DNA of 35,057 nt from Tubiluchus corallicola (Eukaryota > Animalia > Priapulida), in NCBI GenBank assembly GCA_030141605.1, contig JAQGDQ010001550.1, positions 1-35,057 of the forward strand, written 5' to 3'. Positions 32,670 to 35,057 of the stretch are shown here, in pieces (position 1 is the first letter of the stretch; each line of letters starts with the position of its first letter). The translations under genes were made by a program, and so were the position numbers. A model generated the notes under the pieces. The model ran no database searches, was not told the DNA's origin, and saw nothing but the letters and a program-made list of their open reading frames with translations.

Positions 32670-34912
32670 CAATTCAAGTCAATTGTAATTTATTTATCTC
32701 TTTATAATACTACAATAAAACATGATTAATAAAAGAATCGCTAATAAGTTTTGAAGAATGGTTGAAATGAATAGATAGATCTAGAACTAGAGAAAGGATA
32801 GAGAAAAGACAATTCAATTCAATTTTAATTTATTTATCTCTTTATAATACTACAATAAAACATGATTAATAAAAGAATCGCTAATAAGTTTTGAAGAATG
32901 GTTAAAATGTATCGATAGATCTAGAACTAGAGAAAGGATAGCGAAAAGACAATTCAATTCAATTTTAATTTATTTATCTCTTTATAATACTACAATAAAA
33001 CATGATTAATAAAAGAATCGCTAATAAGTTTTGAAGAATGGTTAAAATGAATAGATAGATCTAGAACTAGAGAAAGGATAGCGAAAAGACAATTCAATTC
33101 AATTTCAATTTATTTATCTCTTTATAATACTACAATAAAACATGATTAATAAAAGAATCGCTAATAAGTTTTGAAGAATGGTTAAAATGAATAGATAGAT
33201 GTAGAACTAGAGAAAGGATAGCGAAAAGACAATTCAATTCAATTTTAATTTATTTATCTCTTTATAATACTACAATAAAACATGATTAATAAAAGAACCG
33301 CTAATAAGTTTTGAAGAATGGTTAAAATGTATAGATAGATCTAGAACTAGAGAAAGGATAGCGAAAAGACAATTCAATTCAATTTTAATTTATTTATCTC
33401 TTTATAATACTACAATAAAACATGATTAATAAAAGAATCGCTAATAAGTTTTGAAGAATGGTTAAAATGAATAGATAGATCTGGAACTAGAGAAAGGATA
33501 GCGAAAAGACAATTCAATTCAATTTTAATTTATTTATCTCTTTATAATACTACAATAAAACATGATTAATAAAAGAATCGCTAATAAGTTTTGAAGAATG
33601 GTTAAAATGAATAGATAGATGTAGAACTAGAGAAAGGATAGCGAAAAGACAATTCAATTCAATTTTAATTTATTTATCTCTTTATAATACTACAATAAAA
33701 CATGATTAATAAAAGAATCGCTAATAAGTTTTGAAGAATGGTTAAAATGAATAGATAGATCTGGAACTAGAGAAAGGATAGAGAAAAGACAATTCAATTC
33801 AATTTTAATTTATTTATCTCTTTATAATACTACAATAAAACATGATTAATAAACGAAACACTAACAAGTTTTGAAGAATGGTTAAAATGTATCGATAGAT
33901 CTAGAACTAGAGAAAGGATAGCGAAAAGACAATTCAATTCAATTTTAATTTATTTATCTCTTTATAATACTACAATAAAACATGATTAATAAAAGAATCG
34001 CTCACAAGTTTTGAAGAATGGTTAAAATGTATCGATAGATCTAGAACTAGAGAAAGGATAGCGAAAAGACAATTCAATTCAATTTTAATTTATTTATCTC
34101 TTTATAATAGTACAATAAAACATGATTAATAAAAGAATCGCTAACAAGTTTTGAAGAATGGTTAAAATGTATCGATAGATCTAGAACTAGAGAAAGGATA
34201 GCGAAAAGACAATTCAATTCAATTTTAATTTATTTATCTCTTTATAATACTACAATAGAACATGATTAATAAAAGAATCGCTAATAAGTTTTGAAGAATG
34301 GTTAAAATGAATAGATAGATCTGGAACTAGAGAAAGGATAGCGAAAAGACAATTCAATTCAATTTTAATTTATTTATCTCTTTATAATACTACAATAAAA
34401 CATGATTAATAAAAGAATCACTAACAAGTTTTGAAGAATGGTTAAAATGTATCGATAGATCTAGAACTAGAGAAAGGATAGCGAAAAGACAATTCAATTC
34501 AATTTTAATTTATTTATCTCTTTATAATACTACAATAAAACATGATTAATAAAAGAATCGCTAATAAGTTTTGAAGAATGGTTAAAATGTATAGATATAG
34601 ATCTAGAACTAGAGAAAGGATAGCGAAAAGACAATTCAATTCAATTTTAATTTATTTATCTCTTTATAATACTACAATAAAACATGATTAATAAAAGAAT
34701 CGCTAACAAGTTTTGAAGAATGGTTAAAATGTATCGATAGATCTAGAACTAGAGAAAGGATAGCGAAAAGACAATTCAATTCAATTTTAATTTATTTATC
34801 TCTTTATAATACTACAATAGAACATGATTAATAAAAGAACCGCTAATAAGTTTTGAAGAATGGTTAAAATGAATAGATAGATCTGGAACTAGAGAAAGGA
34901 TAGCGAAAAGAC
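32670..34912. repeat. 140-bp tandem array, 16 copies
   Basis: Unit CAATTCAATTCAATTTTAATTTATTTATCTCT...GAGAAAGGATAGCGAAAAGA, period 140. Confidence 0.97.
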
Positions 34913-35057
34913 TATAAAGTCACCTAGTCTGTTATCATGAGTAAACAACGAAGCAACTAATACAGAAACTCGTAAGATAGCTCTTCCATTTGTTCATATT
35001 AACATCCGCTTTATTCATATGGGCTTCAATACAGTTCAGGCCTTTAACTAGGTCAAT

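Noticed and set aside
32670-34912. CRISPR or coding repeat
   Set aside because: No spacers and no ORF; it is a plain tandem array.

Overview
AT-rich, repeat-saturated eukaryotic genomic DNA, probably from an invertebrate animal (suggested by the 5S sequence type and the transposon repertoire; the species cannot be determined). The only credible protein gene is an uninterrupted 757-aa ORF (28506-30779, +). It encodes a type-I membrane protein: signal peptide, CUB-like domain, five EGF repeats, an 8-Cys WAP domain, a TM helix, and a cytoplasmic tail of nine 31-aa repeats. The gene lies between two ~570-bp direct repeats that each begin with a complete piggyBac-type MITE, so the block resembles a composite transposon carrying cargo. 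The rest is mobile and repeated DNA: three piggyBac-like MITEs, several TTAA-AGG (Kolobok-like) ends, Harbinger-, hAT- and pogo/Tigger-like MITEs, decayed LINE fragments, an internally deleted RTE with a 19-bp TSD, a 5S rRNA-headed SINE3-like chimera, a Penelope-like repeat with a hammerhead core, a foldback-like inverted repeat, and tandem arrays of 16, 61, ~135 and 140 bp. Two of these arrays appear to derive from LINE 3' ends. Most short ORFs in the track are microsatellite or TE artefacts. All family assignments come from reading motifs by eye; no database search was run.
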